The translations under genes were made by a program, and so were the position numbers. The notes under the pieces were generated by a model. The model searched no databases, was not told the DNA's origin, and saw only the letters and a list, made by a program, of their open reading frames with translations. Below, piece after piece: positions 22,801 through 37,000 of a stretch of 64,000 nt of DNA (position 1 is its first letter; every line of letters starts with the position of its first letter). Source of the DNA: Tubiluchus corallicola. Taxonomy: Eukaryota; Animalia; Priapulida. The stretch spans positions 1,364,001-1,428,000 of the forward strand of contig JAQGDQ010000004.1 of assembly GCA_030141605.1 (NCBI GenBank), in the 5' to 3' direction.

Positions 22801-25800
22801 ATTAATATAGACAAGACTCTTACAATAATGAATGTGTTTCCCAGACCATAAGTTCTGATTATTAATTTTATACAATGCTTCTGTTAATTTATTTATTCAA
22901 CGATTTTATGCAATAAGCTTTTATGTATATGTCAATGTGTGTGTATATGTATGTGTATGTGTATATGTATACGCCCATATGTATGTATAAAAATCGTGTA
23001 TAAGTATGTCTATATTGTGGATAATTTTGCAAATCTGCTACATATAAACATATGTGTGTGTGTGTTTATGACTTTACCAATCTGTTGGTAGAGATGTGTG
23101 TCGTGGTAATTCTATTTTTAGTAGCCATATTTCGTTTAATTATAATACGTTCTAATAGATTAGAATGACGCTATTGTAACTAACTGTCAAATCATCATAA
23201 AATGACTGATTGGTATGCTGCCACATTGCTTCTCAAAAGACCTAACTATCTAACAATCTAACTATCTATCTATCTGTCCGTCCGTCCGTCTGTCTGTTTG
23301 TCCGTCCATCAATCCATCCATTCAGTCATCCATCCACCAACCGTGGCCACCTATCCATCCAACTGTCTTTCAATAGTTTTTCTTCCATTTTTGATTTTGA
23401 GCTTTATTTTAATTGTAACATTTAGAATTACGTACACTTGAATTTAATTACATTCGTGAACTTGTTGTCTTTATTGCTTGCTTAACTAAAGCCTATGTCT
23501 AGTTCTATATTTAAGTATGCCTATATAAATATGTCTCTATGAACGTCATCATTCAGCCGCTCAAGAAGACCACTGAGCAGACAGGCGTTGGCTTTAAGGC
23601 GCAGTCTTACATCATAAGGCGCAGTCTTTTTACTAACATCATAAAAATTATTACTTAATTATATTGTGTAAATTCCATATAGGAAGTGAGTATATCGTAT
23701 TTTAGGTCAGTATAATAAAATCGCCAAAAACAGGAAGTATACTTTCGTGTACCCCAATATACCACCAATTGCTACTATCGAACTGTCGTGTTAAAATGTT
23801 GTGTCATATATGCATGTATTTTGTGTATCAGTTTATATACATGCTCAAATTTGGTATTATTATGCAAGGTTATCATGTATCGGATTATCAAAACAAAAAA
23901 GTTGAAAAAATTACTTAATTACAACGTTAATAATTTCTCAAATAAAAATTATAAAATATAAATTCTTGAAGCGTTGTTCAGATCTTATACTGGTGATGTT
24001 GGTGCTTGGACATCTTTCAAATGTGAAAATTTCTAAAACCTAGGTGGCACAGGTTTGACACAGCTGAAAATGAAAAACATAATATATTATGAAAAACTGG
24101 TATATCGAATGCGTAACAACTCTAGATTTGTATCAACGTTAGACCGCTCTCAGAGCCACGTAAACTTGCAAATTTCACAGAAGTATCTTGTTTGTAATCT
24201 ATTGGCTTCAGAGATGTGCAGAAAGGCAGATCCACAGATTGTGAGCTTACAGAAAATTTTTTAGCAGATTGGTTAGTAGAGCGGACAAATTAGTGGAACC
24301 TGGAGGGAAATCGCCTTAAATCGAATCATCGTTAAAAGGAAATTGCCGTGGTTCGGAAGTGTGTTTGTTACTGAAACACTGCGACCGAGAACAATATGCA
24401 AGCAGAGAGCAACAAAGTGAATGCATAAGGTTAATTTCTTTTTGCGTGTAGGTTTATAATAAACTTGGTGCTTGCGAAAAAAGGCTAAAATTAACACATT
24501 AATTTTCTTTATCCTTATTCTATAAGCCAAAAGCAGTTACCCTAGTCATTAGCAAATTCTATTGTGTTAAACTCATTAATTCAATATTATTTGTTTTTGA
24601 GTAGAATAATAACATTTTCCTGGATATTTTCAAAACAAATGTGCGACTCGCGCGTAGGAGTTAAGGAGTTTTACTGTACAGTTTTGCAGGGATGTATTGC
24701 TGACATTCACTACATTGGTGATAACGTGAATTCGTTATAAGCGTTATACTTTTATAATAGCATGATAGTTCGAAAATGATAGTAAACATTATAAAATTTT
24801 CTACTTGCATTATATGCAATTTTATTTTTTTACGTTTTTTAATTACATCACTGTGACAGAACTACAACATCTAAGTGTTTGCAACACTCAGTAGTTACGT
24901 TTATGTAACTGTATTAATGTGCCAAAGACTTCACCCCATTTATCTGCAAACAAGCCCACTTTTTTATAATTGTGACATTGAACATATGACGCAAAGCTTC
25001 TGATCTAACATACATCTAATACATATGTTACAGGCAGCGTGTAACTGTGCATATTATAAAATTCTTAGGCATTCCGTATAACACAATGGGTTTTTAGAAA
25101 AGTGCGAAATCTTTTTGCTGCGACTCGCACACACTTTGCCTAGACTTTTTGTATAATATCTGGGATTTATAAAAAATGTGTAAAGTGACTTTGACAATCT
25201 GTAAAATGAACATTATTTATGTTGAATCGAACTTTTCCTAGATATTTTACACATTACCTAGGCATTGTATAGAATGCATTTATACGACTTAGCCAATGTA
25301 CTCAACTAAGCAAGGAGTTCAAGTAAACCAATGAGTTTATTTTTTTGTTGGCAGTGCACAGAGCATGGTGCACCATCTCTAACATTCTGCTCATAGTGCT
25401 GAATCAGGTGGATCACTTTCCTTGTCTAGAAAGCCTATGGGCGGGATTCATTAATGATGTGTACAATTTTTTCGTGAACTTATTTGTGCCTAGTGATCGT
25501 TCTTCGCGCTATTTCAGTAAGCCGGTTTTTGTAAAAATCTTGTTAAAATAGTTCGTAACTTAACGCATGGTTTAGAGCGTGCGTAAATACAATTTTGCAC
25601 ATTGTGAACGGCTTAAATGACAGTGACGGGTGTCGTCTTGGGAGTAGAATAATAACATTTTCTTGGATATTTTCCACACAGAAGAAGAGGTTAGTAACAG
25701 AAATTTAATGTGCACAGAATGACTTTTCCGTAATAGATTAAAATTAGACCTTTTGAGTGAAAACGATTTATAAAAATTCCATAGCTGACACAGCAGACCA

Positions 25801-25839
25801 TAAGGTTTGCATGCCTTTGATGAGTCTTTTTTAACGTTC

Positions 25840-25844
<5 letters not shown>

Positions 25845-25917
<73 letters not shown>
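25845..25917. repeat. (CT)n microsatellite
   Basis: Directly visible. Confidence 0.95.
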
Positions 25918-25918
<1 letters not shown>

Positions 25919-27000
25919 CGTCTATCTAACTATCTATTCGTCTATCTGTCTGTCGGTGCATCAATCTATCCAACTGGCAACCAAGCAACCGACCAACCCA
26001 TTGAATTCAAATTGACACATTTCCTAAAATAAAATCGGCGTTAAATAAAATGCGTAGGAAAATTATATCAGACCTGTTTAGATGAACAGCATTAAAAGTG
26101 CCCGTTCTTACGAACGTTTGCGATTTATAAATAATACATGTACAATAGAAACATGCTAAGCATCATGTTGGCGTGTTTAGAATTGGAGCAGTTAAGAGGC
26201 AACAGCGCTTGGCCGCAAAGCATCATCAGGTTTAACTGTAAAAGGTCTACAGGGTTGGAAAGACTGCTTCTGGTTTTTGTTAGCTACTCTCCCCTCAGCT
26301 ATTAATAATCTTACTGAAGGAGCATGTACATGCATCCGAGATTCTGTGTTTCATTTCAGAGAAGTATTTAATGTAAGTACCATTAATAATTAATTAATCA
26401 CTGCGTTCTTTTTAGCTTTTCTTTCTTGAAATCATTAAATAACAGATAAATGTTATAAACTAAAATCTTTTTCTGAATCTCGGTGAGCTCGCATTTGAAT
26501 AGTATCAAAATTCATTTAATTGAGGGTTTTCAACATCATTGATAATAATCTTGAGATTAAAATTACAACAATTAGTAGAAATTCTTCTCTTTAATCAACT
26601 TAATCTGCCTACGTTAGATTCGGACTATGTTTTCTCTAGCTGGGATAATAATGCTATAAATGCTTTTGCAAATCTTATCTCGGATGAATTCCTATCGTCT
26701 TTCGCCCGTATATAAACAGTATGTTGGTGATGAAATTTTACAACTCTCGTCGTGTTTTCTATATGCTGTTTTGTTTTTATTTATGATTATGTGAATTTGC
26801 ATTAGAATTGGTAATTATGTTTATTATAATTGTACTCGCTGTTTTTCATTGTGTATAATGTGTGTAAGTTTTTGTTACTATGTATTAAAATATGTTCGTT
26901 ATCTTTTATTATGTATGTATGCAGTGTTGGATTATAATTTGTAACTATGTCTATTGTATATGATCGTTGTCGTTCAATATGCCTCATGCGTTAGATTCTA

Positions 27001-27037
<37 letters not shown>

Positions 27038-27446
27038 AATAGGTTTAATACGTTGTAAATGCTTTAGAAATTTTAAACTTATCCCTACAAATAGAGGGAA
27101 TGTATTCTGTACATAGTTTTTAAAAATAAAGAATTATAATAATAATGATTAATCAACTTTAAGTGACGAACTACGTCTCTGCCTAATTAATTTAAAATGT
27201 CCCCAATTATTTAGTTTTACAATTAAGATTTTAAGGTCTGTACAAAAAAAAAACGAATGAACACATAAAAAGAAGAATTACAATTTTTTAACTTTTGTGT
27301 AGTACAATAAAATTTCATGACGTAACTTATATATTGATATGTTACTATTATATATATATATATATACTGACTAGATAAGTGGCAAAATTTTACTATTAAG
27401 TTTCTTGTTTTTGGAGCACGGCATATATAGCTTATACTATTTATTA

Positions 27447-28260
27447 CTTAGATTTAGATTTTAGATTTTAATAGATTTATTTCGCATTAAACATATACAT
27501 ATACATCACATTACATTACATGTGCATCAGGTTTTGTTAATACAAAAATATGATAAAATTCATGTATACTGCGCTAGAGACCTAGGAAGCTAGCTTATGG
27601 TAGGCCACTAGAATTACGAAAAAAATTGCAATATATATTCAACATTACAACATTACAATATACAACATTACAATATACAACATTACAATATACAACATTA
27701 CATATACAACATAGATACAACATTACAATATATACAAATATAAATATAAATACGGGTGGGAAGTATTAAAAATTTTATTTTACTATACAGTTTTTGAAAA
27801 AGAAAACAACAAATCATGATTGAGTCATCAGTTATATGTTTCGAGAAAGTTTAATTTATATATTTTTTTAAATATGGAAAGCGAGTTGACATTTTTAATA
27901 GCTGGAGCAATTGAATTCCATATGTAAGGGCCATTGTATTTAATAGAAAATTTTCTAACATTAGTGTTACACTGTATGTAGTGATAGTGCAGCCTATAAC
28001 GTGTGCCGTAATTATGTATCTCAGCATTCAAACAAAAATAATCAGTAAATAAGGGAGGCAATAATTTATGAGAGAATTTGTACATGAAAATGGCAGTTTG
28101 GAACTTATTAATGTCGTAAATGTTTAGAAAGTTTAGTCTTTTAAATATTGGCGGTGTATGGTCCTGATAACCGGCAAATGTTATAGCTCGCACTATTTTC
28201 TTCTGAATCAGATGAATTTTTTTCAATCGACTGGAGTATGTGCTTCCCCAAATAAGTAAT
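27447..28260 (-). mobile_element. 5'-truncated LINE (CR1/L2/Crack group): ORF2 C-terminus, 3' UTR and tandem tail
   Basis: WGSTY...LIQKKIVRAI...HTPPIFKRLNFLNI...HNYGTR...FSIKYNGPYIWNSI...FKK, stop at 27828; 3' end gcgaaataaa followed by (aatcta)n. Confidence 0.88.
27640..27735. repeat. 15-bp minisatellite (CAACATTACAATATA) in the LINE 3' UTR
   Basis: About 6 tandem, partly degenerate copies. Confidence 0.85.
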
Positions 28261-28787
28261 AACTTACAACTAAACATTTGTGTTTGTGTTCTATCGGAAA
28301 CAGAGCTGAGAATAAGTCATGTTAGTGTGACAGCATTAGTGTGATTACACACTTTTCATTTTATTTTCTCGGGTTTCGGTTAAGTAGGCAAGGTAAGCTT
28401 ATTCTACTAAAGTAAAGAAACGACATAAAATAACCATCTAAATGATGTTAGCATAGTATTATAATGGTGAGGCTTACCTTTTGTTACCATTTATTATTCT
28501 CCACGTTTAAGCAAATCTACCTTGTACGGAATGACTGCATTTCGTATATAATGGAGCGAGATTAGTTTCTATTTTTCGAAACAAAAACACTAAGCACCCC
28601 TCGAAAAAAATGTTCAGGTTAATATTAATTGACAAACAGAAGTGGTTTAGTGCAATGACGAATTTAGGAAGCTTAGAATGATCTGTCGGTAAGGTTACAT
28701 GTTTGTGTGTGGGTGAACGCGTACGCGCGCGTGCATACATGTGTGAGAGTGTGTGCGTGCGCACGTGAGTGTGGGCGTGAGGGTGTA

Positions 28788-28934
<147 letters not shown>

Positions 28935-28969
28935 TCTTGCCTTGAAAGCACAGTTTCTAGGTTCATATG

Positions 28970-29572
28970 CAGGGTGCATAAGATTATGGATATGTATAAA
29001 ATAAATAAAATAGCTTATTTTATGGATTTTTGAAATTTTATTTTATGGATATCAATAAAATAAGAAATAGACTATATCTGGAACGAGATGCCCAGGGGGA
29101 AATCAATTAAAAAGTAAAAACAGGAGTGCTTGAAACGTGTTTTTAAACACGCAGGACTTAGTTTTAATTTTATCGGTTTCATATCACTTCAAATTTCATC
29201 AAATTTTACGAGACAATGCCTTGTAATTCATCACTTCAGTTCAAATAATTCGTCTATTTGGTACGAATGTAGAATTCCATTAGGCTGAAGTCCATTAGGA
29301 TTCGCCATCTTGATAACAAAAAGACAATGAGAAAAAACAATGTAAAATAGCAAATCCGGAAATGCGCTTTTGTTTTTTTGTTTTCTTTCTCTTTCTCTCC
29401 TTCTAACGTTCGTTTTCACTGTTGCCAATGCTTACAACTGGTTACTTTGTACAAAAAATCACAAAAAAAATATTTTTTTATTTTATGCATTTCTTATTTT
29501 ATGGATTTTTCAAATTTTATTTTATGGATTTTTGGTCTTATTTTATGGATATCCATAATCTTATGTAGCCTG
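28970..29572. mobile_element. MITE with CAGG...CCTG termini (hAT- or P-like)
   Basis: 24-bp imperfect TIRs cagggtgcataagattatggatat / atatccataatcttatgtagcctg; 7-bp direct repeat tcatatg on both flanks; subterminal ttttatgga repeats. Confidence 0.8.
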
Positions 29573-31569
29573 TCATATGTGTTTTACTAAAAAATTTCAG
29601 CATCTCCTTCTTCAGTTAATTAGCTGTTTGGCTAATTGTTATAAACACGATGCCTTTCTTAATGGGGTGGGTGTGTTGTTTCGGTCTGACTCTATCAAAC
29701 ATGTAAGTAGGAATACAGACAAAACTCCAACGTACAATCCTTGCCCAATCCGAACTAGTTTCGACCAAAAAACCGTAGAATAAAGAAATTAAAAAACAAG
29801 GTCCACCACCTTTTCAGGTAAAAAGCAAAAAAAATATGACTAAAATATTTTATAATAATCATAAAAATTCATGAAAACAATACTACTTTAAAAAGTCTGA
29901 ATTTTTTGCAATTTCAGTGCACTAACTTAGTCACTAGTTAAGCACAGACTGAACAGCACAGAAAAACACTGGAGAAAAAAAAGAACAAAACACTAGAAGC
30001 TTAGTAAACAACACCAGCACGTTAACAGTTGCATACTTACCAACAAATTGGCTGGCTGCCCATGCGCATCATGTCAAAAATTTAAAAAAATACTATATTT
30101 GTAATAATTTCTTTCTTACTTTCACCTGGGGAAGATCATAAATGGTGGACTGAAATGACTTGTCGTTCATTTCTGTATTGTTGTTTTTTTAATTATCTGT
30201 TCAATTTTTGTCTTTGTCATTAAGTCATCTCATATTATAGATCACGTTAGTAAGTTTCTGTAAACCTTTTAGTTAGTTAATAAATCGATTCGACGTGCCT
30301 CACAAATGGAAAAACAATTATTTTTCAATTATATCTACTGTGTCTTCTTCTCAAACCAGACATTGACATCCTGTCATTTTATTTGAACACACACACTGTT
30401 GTGTTATAGTTAGGGACAATGAAAACGAATAAATAGACAATGATGAATGAAGTAGTTAAAGTAAGCTGTGCAAACTATAACAATTGTCATTCCACAGCTT
30501 TTGCTAACTGACACTGCAAGTTTAATTGCTGCACATCTTTTTTTCATGAAACAGGTTTGTTTTCGGGTAAAGCCCGCTCAACCTTACATCAGCAAAAAGA
30601 CACTGTTTAATGAAAAGGCGGCCTTCCTTCTTTCCTCTGTATTAGATTCTGAACATTTTGCATATTGGCAAATGTCAAGCACGGCGGGTTATCAATTGGC
30701 AATCTCTAGTGCGTAAACAGATTTTATGTCCCCAGGTAATGCCTATACCGCTACTTTCACGATTTTATAATTTTTTTCTACAACTATGTTTATATAGAAA
30801 TCATCAAGCCATCGGTTTATGGAAAACAAAAATTATTACCTCAGGAGTGTTTTCGTAGATGTTAAAAAGAAGACGTTGAAGCACTGTGAATCACATTAGG
30901 AGCTGAACTCGAGACCTTGCGTTTAGGAGACCTAAACACCTAGAATACACGTGCAATCTAGTCACATTTGCAGATAACTTCTGTATTCTCATTGTTACAA
31001 TAAAGTTAATTAACGGCACACCTTCTTGAAAAGCTGGGTAAAGTAAATAAGTTAATTAATTAATAGATTTATTAGTTAAATCATATATACCTTGGTAATA
31101 CCAGAACGTCTCAAATACTGATTACGACAGAGAATATAAGTTGTAAGTTAATGCACTTCTAATTTCATTGGAAATTTTGTTTACAACATTCTGTTATCAT
31201 GTTTGAGAAGGGTAAACAACAGATCAGATCGAACTTCTTTCTCGTTTGCTTAATGTTGTTACTATTACACATGAGGTCTTCGAAGAAGCTGCGTTTACCA
31301 CATAACCATGTCGTTGATCTATTAAATATAATTGGTAGTCCTGCGTAGGAGAAAATTGCAAACGACGTGGAAGGGAAACAGCCTAATGTCTCATTAACTG
31401 TTATAGTATATCGTCATCGTCGTCTTCATTATACCAGTAGGCAAAGCGAAGCTCTGGAAGATCTCTCTTGTCTCTCTTTACCTTAAGTTATCCCGTAGGC
31501 ATCATGTACCGCAAGTTTTTACTTGGGTGATACATGATTCGTCTCGAAGGACAATAGTTCTTAACGAAT

Positions 31570-32560
31570 GTAGGTAAAATGGTATAGGTAAAAATGGCAC
31601 ATATTTTATTTTGTGCAAACGATTTCTGTAAAAAAACTAGAATGCGCTCAGCAGGAAACAGGCCTCTACCAAAATCGAACAATCCTAAACATGTTGGTTT
31701 AATTCTTTTGATTGAAAAAAAGATAAAAGCAAACATACACACATGCAAAAACATACCTGTATAGGTGTTATATAGACTAACAAAAGGCTCACATAACAAT
31801 TGTTCATTAGTTTGTTCATTAAATATAACTATGATCAACAATGCACGAATACTCCACATAAAGTTTGTCTACATTTTTTAACCATTTGGGGATGTTAATA
31901 GACTGACAAATATATGTGTATTTACATACCAAGTTAGCTTATAAAATTCTCCAAGCGAGAATTTCTCGAAATGGCGAAATTTTGGAATTTTCGCAAAATT
32001 TCTGTAACTAACTCATACATTGTTTGTCCTGGTGAAGATAAAAAAATAGTTATTCTTTCTTGTTGTCAAGCAATCTTCTTTCCAAAGTGCTATAAAACTC
32101 CCCCTGAAAACTCCCCGAAGCACTTCACGAATGTTTTTGTACGTGATATTCGGTCAAGGTTTGTAAAAAAAGAGAAAGAGCAAAAAAACTATTTTGGCAC
32201 TTTTCATCCCTTGCCTCGTCCAAGTATCTGCGTCAAAATGCATCTTTCTTGTTCCTACCCACCTTCTCCACAGAGTTTCGTGGAAATGTGGAAAAATAAT
32301 TTTTGCGTAATAGGCTGCTGCTATAACACGCTATAACACGCAAAAAACAACCAAGCAAACACTAAACAAACAATGTTGAAGCATAAGTATCCTTGGCAGA
32401 GGTAAGACTTACTAAAATAACTATCCGCCACTGTAACCCTAACCAACTCATATTTTATGAGTGTGGCATTTGTTCCTATTTTTCCATTTGTGCCTTTTTC
32501 CCCGTGCAGTTTTTTCTTGTGCCACTTTTAACGTGCCATTTTTACTGTGCACTGTTCGGT
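31570..32560 (-). mobile_element. Second copy of the composite element (15-bp repeat arms plus internal HINE at 31636-32405)
   Basis: HINE ends actagaatgcgctc...ctctaccaaa and ccttggcagaggtaa; flanked by ggtaaaaatggcac and taaccctaacc...gtgccattttt. Confidence 0.7.
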
Positions 32561-33749
32561 GACCCAAGCTCATCATTGACCTGATTTTATGATGTTTTAC
32601 CTCTAAATTAATCAAACTTTCCAACTGTTTCATTCCTAGCTGTTCCAGGTCATTTTCCAACTAAATTGCCGAATCATTACAGCACTACGCTGTGCAACCT
32701 CCTAATGTATATCTGACTAGTAATCCATCTTTCTTGATAGCTGTAAAAAATTACTAGACATACATCTTTTCCAAACGGCATTATCCGGATGATATATAAC
32801 ATGCCATACTATATGAATGCATCATTGCATTATTGGTTAACTTTCAGTCAGGACTATCGTCACTAAAAAAATCAAGTGCATGTATTTATTGCCTTTAGTT
32901 CTGCCGTACAGTTACGAATTCGTTTTGTATTCAAATTCCAAAAACGTGAGAACTGTGCCTTCGTTACATATCTTCCAGTTTTACCTTGTTTCTCCGAAAC
33001 TGTGATCAATCGCTTTTTAGCGTTGCATCCCATTGACTTCGCCACAAGTTTTTTTAAAACAATAATTCCTAAACGATGTCAAACTAAGCTGAATTGGATG
33101 CTGAACTACCAGAAATGCCCAAAGGCTTGCAATCGCTAACAAATGAAAAGTGGCCTAAATCTGCTCCCATGACTTTTAAAAGAAACTTGAACTTATTGAT
33201 ATGACATTTCCCAATGTGGTTTCCGGGCGGGCAACACGTTTCCAAAATCTGGCGCCCGGGTAAAATTTGGAAGGTTTTTTTAAACATTTATCTGCCAAAA
33301 ATTTTGACACATTGGCATAGGCGTACGGGAGGTAATTCAACAAGGGCTGGGGAATGCGAGAATTTGCACTAAGCATTTTCTAAGTTGCCCCGGCCTAATT
33401 TGAGTGATTTCAAACAAGTGCAACAACCGCATACTTATATAGGATACAGAAAAATAAAATGTCTAAAAAACAAAACATTCATAATTATACGTGTCTGTGC
33501 TATGCAGGGAAATTAGTTTTATGCTAAATTACTGAGCAAACTTTATTCTCAGATACATTTTTGAAGTGTTTCAAAAATTAGAAAAAAATACTGGTGATAG
33601 TCTGTAAGCTCTTTCTTCTATGCAACAGCCATGTAACTTTGTCTGTGCATTGGTGAACAGTGTAAAAGAACCTATTTGTTTTAGTGAACCAGTAATTCCT
33701 CGGTACTATCATTAACTTAAAATGCCAAAAATTTAATAGCTCAGTCTAA

Positions 33750-34033
<284 letters not shown>

Positions 34034-37000
34034 ACTAGTGAAGGGGCGAGAGGGTGGCGAAACAACTACTAAGCATTGGCAATGGTATTCAGAAATTTCG
34101 CAGTAGTATGCTACACCGTAAACTGGTTGGTTAGAAGCAGACTTCGAAAAACGAGGTTGCACTCTTACGAGCTTAACTTGTTTATTATTTTTGCATGACA
34201 GCTGTAGAAAGAAACCCGGTTTTCTATCGCCCTGCTTTCACTGCCTGCAAGGATTGCCTATCGTTCCAGAAAAATTAATTTGTACCTAATGTGAACAGTC
34301 TCGAACCGAAATGGATTTATCGTGTGACGTTGAACCTAATATAAGTTTTTCCAGTTTATCGTAAAGAACCTTCCTCCACAATTGCTACTACACAATATAT
34401 TTCCGTAAATTTAAATCACTAATTCATTAAATCCCAAACTGTTTGCGTTCCTGTGAATGCATCAAAAAATATACTAACTTCGTTAATAGCTCATTAAGTT
34501 TTACTGAGGTGCGCCGACGGCTTCAATGAAGCCGGACCAAACCTAATAAATGTCTTGATATATCTTCAGAATCGCTGCATGCAGCCCTTATTTGCAGTTG
34601 GCGCATGCGTTGTCTATGCACGTATGTATGTATACTTAAACTGAATGGTCATCAACTTCTAATATTTCTTGTTTATTGCTAATAGATCACACGCGTTGCA
34701 TAACACGTATTATATTAACATTCACTGCAGCATAAGTTTCTCCATCTTTATCTCCATCTACATGCGAGGCGGATCACCTAGAGGGCAGATGTTACAACTG
34801 TAGGGTATGATGCTGTTTGGCCGTATTGAAAACAAGAAAACCCATCTTATTTCAGGAAGCAACATCTAGAGATATTTTAGTGTTATTAAAAGCGGTTAAA
34901 AAGCCACCCGCGCGGTTCTTTAGTCTATCACTTAGTTGAAAGCAAAACTGGACCCAATCTTAAACTGTAGGCAAAAACGAGCTACTCTTTAAAATATTGA
35001 AAGGAAACAACTATTTTTTCAAATATGATTTATGTGAAAGAATTATTTCCACACAAACACAATTTCACGTTCGCGCCACTTATTCTTTGCTGTTACATGT
35101 ATTTCGCCATCCGCTAGTTAGACGGGCCCTAACGCCTGCATTTCGGAAACGCATTGCAGTAAAAAACAGGTGCTGTACCCTCCCAGTTCAAATGTGTTAG
35201 CCGACGAACTAGACACGTTCGATAGCTCATGCGTGAGCACAGTAAATTTGAAATTTGAATTTTTATCTTAAAACTTGCCTAGTTTTAGTACAACACACTG
35301 AATATCTTACAGTAGCTCTGTACTTCAATTTTTGCTGCGCAAACACCTGCAACGCTCTGGAGGAATATTTTTGCTGTTGAAAATTATGTTAGTTTGTAAT
35401 GTCTTTAATAGTTAGGCTCGCCCGCTGTTAATTAAGTTTTTAATCTATCATTTAATTATCAGAAACGCTTTTGCAGTATTAATTGTGTTAAAATGTATAC
35501 TTTTTATCGGACTTGAAAATGGGGTAGTATATGAAAAATCATCCTGTCTTTCTTTAATAGAAGGCAAAATCATTTACAAAACGATGAAAACGACGCGATA
35601 ATCTGTAGACTCACAAATTGCCTCAAGAGCGTTTCGGATATGAAAAGTTATTAATAAATGAATCAATGTCGTTATTTGCGATAGTAGTTAATTATAATAA
35701 ACAATTTTACTATACCCAATAATACTGAAAGGTCGAGCTTTGACTCTGTGATGTTGAAAAGCCACAATTCGAATGTTGTGATTTAAGATTAATGATTTAT
35801 GTTGTATATCAATTGCTGTTATTATATTAATGTAGTTAAGATCTATGATAAGCAAGGAGCTACTTTCAGTAATGCGTAAGAAAAAAAGTTGTTTAAGTTC
35901 TCTAGAGCGTCATATCAACGGGCTCAAAACACACACAGAATGGACGTTACTTGAACATAGCATAGTTTACATAGTACTAATAAAAGCTGAGTTTATTCTT
36001 TTCATGTTAATTTTCCATTGCGAATTAATGGATTAGATTGTTTATTATATAGCTGCAGGCTTAATCCCGTGCTGCTGCTGAGTTGTCGAGGTTATGTTAT
36101 TATGTTACGTGATAGCTTGTCGTGATGCCACGTAACAAGAAAAAATAGTTGCTTTTTGTTTTGATACGCTTCGGCATACTGGAAGCCGAAATCCAGCATT
36201 CAACGGCAATGTTGCTATTTGTGACGGGACTAAGGTATGGCCAGTTATTACAGCTTCTATGATGAGGCAAAGGTGTCTCACCTGCCTTCCAATGATATAC
36301 ATCCTTGCTCAACAAGGTTAACAGTCAGAGTCACAATGAAACCACTTAAAGCGAGTATTGAACCGTGAACACAGACTGTGACGAACCACTCCCTAGCCAG
36401 AGCCTCGGTGTTGCTTAACTTCATCGGCGAAGCACACGCCGTGACCAAAAAACTATTCACCTAGACGGTAGGCTATACCTCTTACGTTAGTATAGTGCTT
36501 GAAAATCAAATACTTAAATATTATAAACTACGGTGATTCGCCATTTCTGTCTAGCGTATGATGGGACTTCGGAGAGGTTGAACAATTAGATATATCTTTT
36601 TTGTGTCGAAAGTCTGGATATTGGAGAATCTCTAGTTCCTGTTTATTTATTTATTTTATTTTTTATTTCTATGAAATGTATGTAACAATGTAAGTAAACC
36701 CGCTAGGTTTCATTTCCGGGAGCTTCTCTCTGCAAATTCCTTACTCAAGCAGTAGCTCGTTCATTGTGCAACTAGTTTTTTCAAGGCTTGACGGCTAACT
36801 CGCTGTTAATTGACATTTCAGAATGCGAAACAGATCCCACTAATTAAGACAAGACGTTTTGTAAACGTAACACCAGTCTTAATGCAATTAAACAGATTTT
36901 TCGTAAAACAGGGTATTATTATTAAAGTGTTGTTATAAGATAAGCCATCATTGAGTATGTTTTTACCTGCGTTAATCAAATAAATTTGATTTTAACATAA

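Noticed and set aside
23690-24664. piggyBac-like element ending cgcgcgtaggagttaa
   Set aside because: Only one convincing end; no matching left TIR found
27640-27735. Short periodic repeats as a CRISPR-like array
   Set aside because: Contiguous tandem units without unique spacers, in an animal genome, inside a LINE 3' UTR
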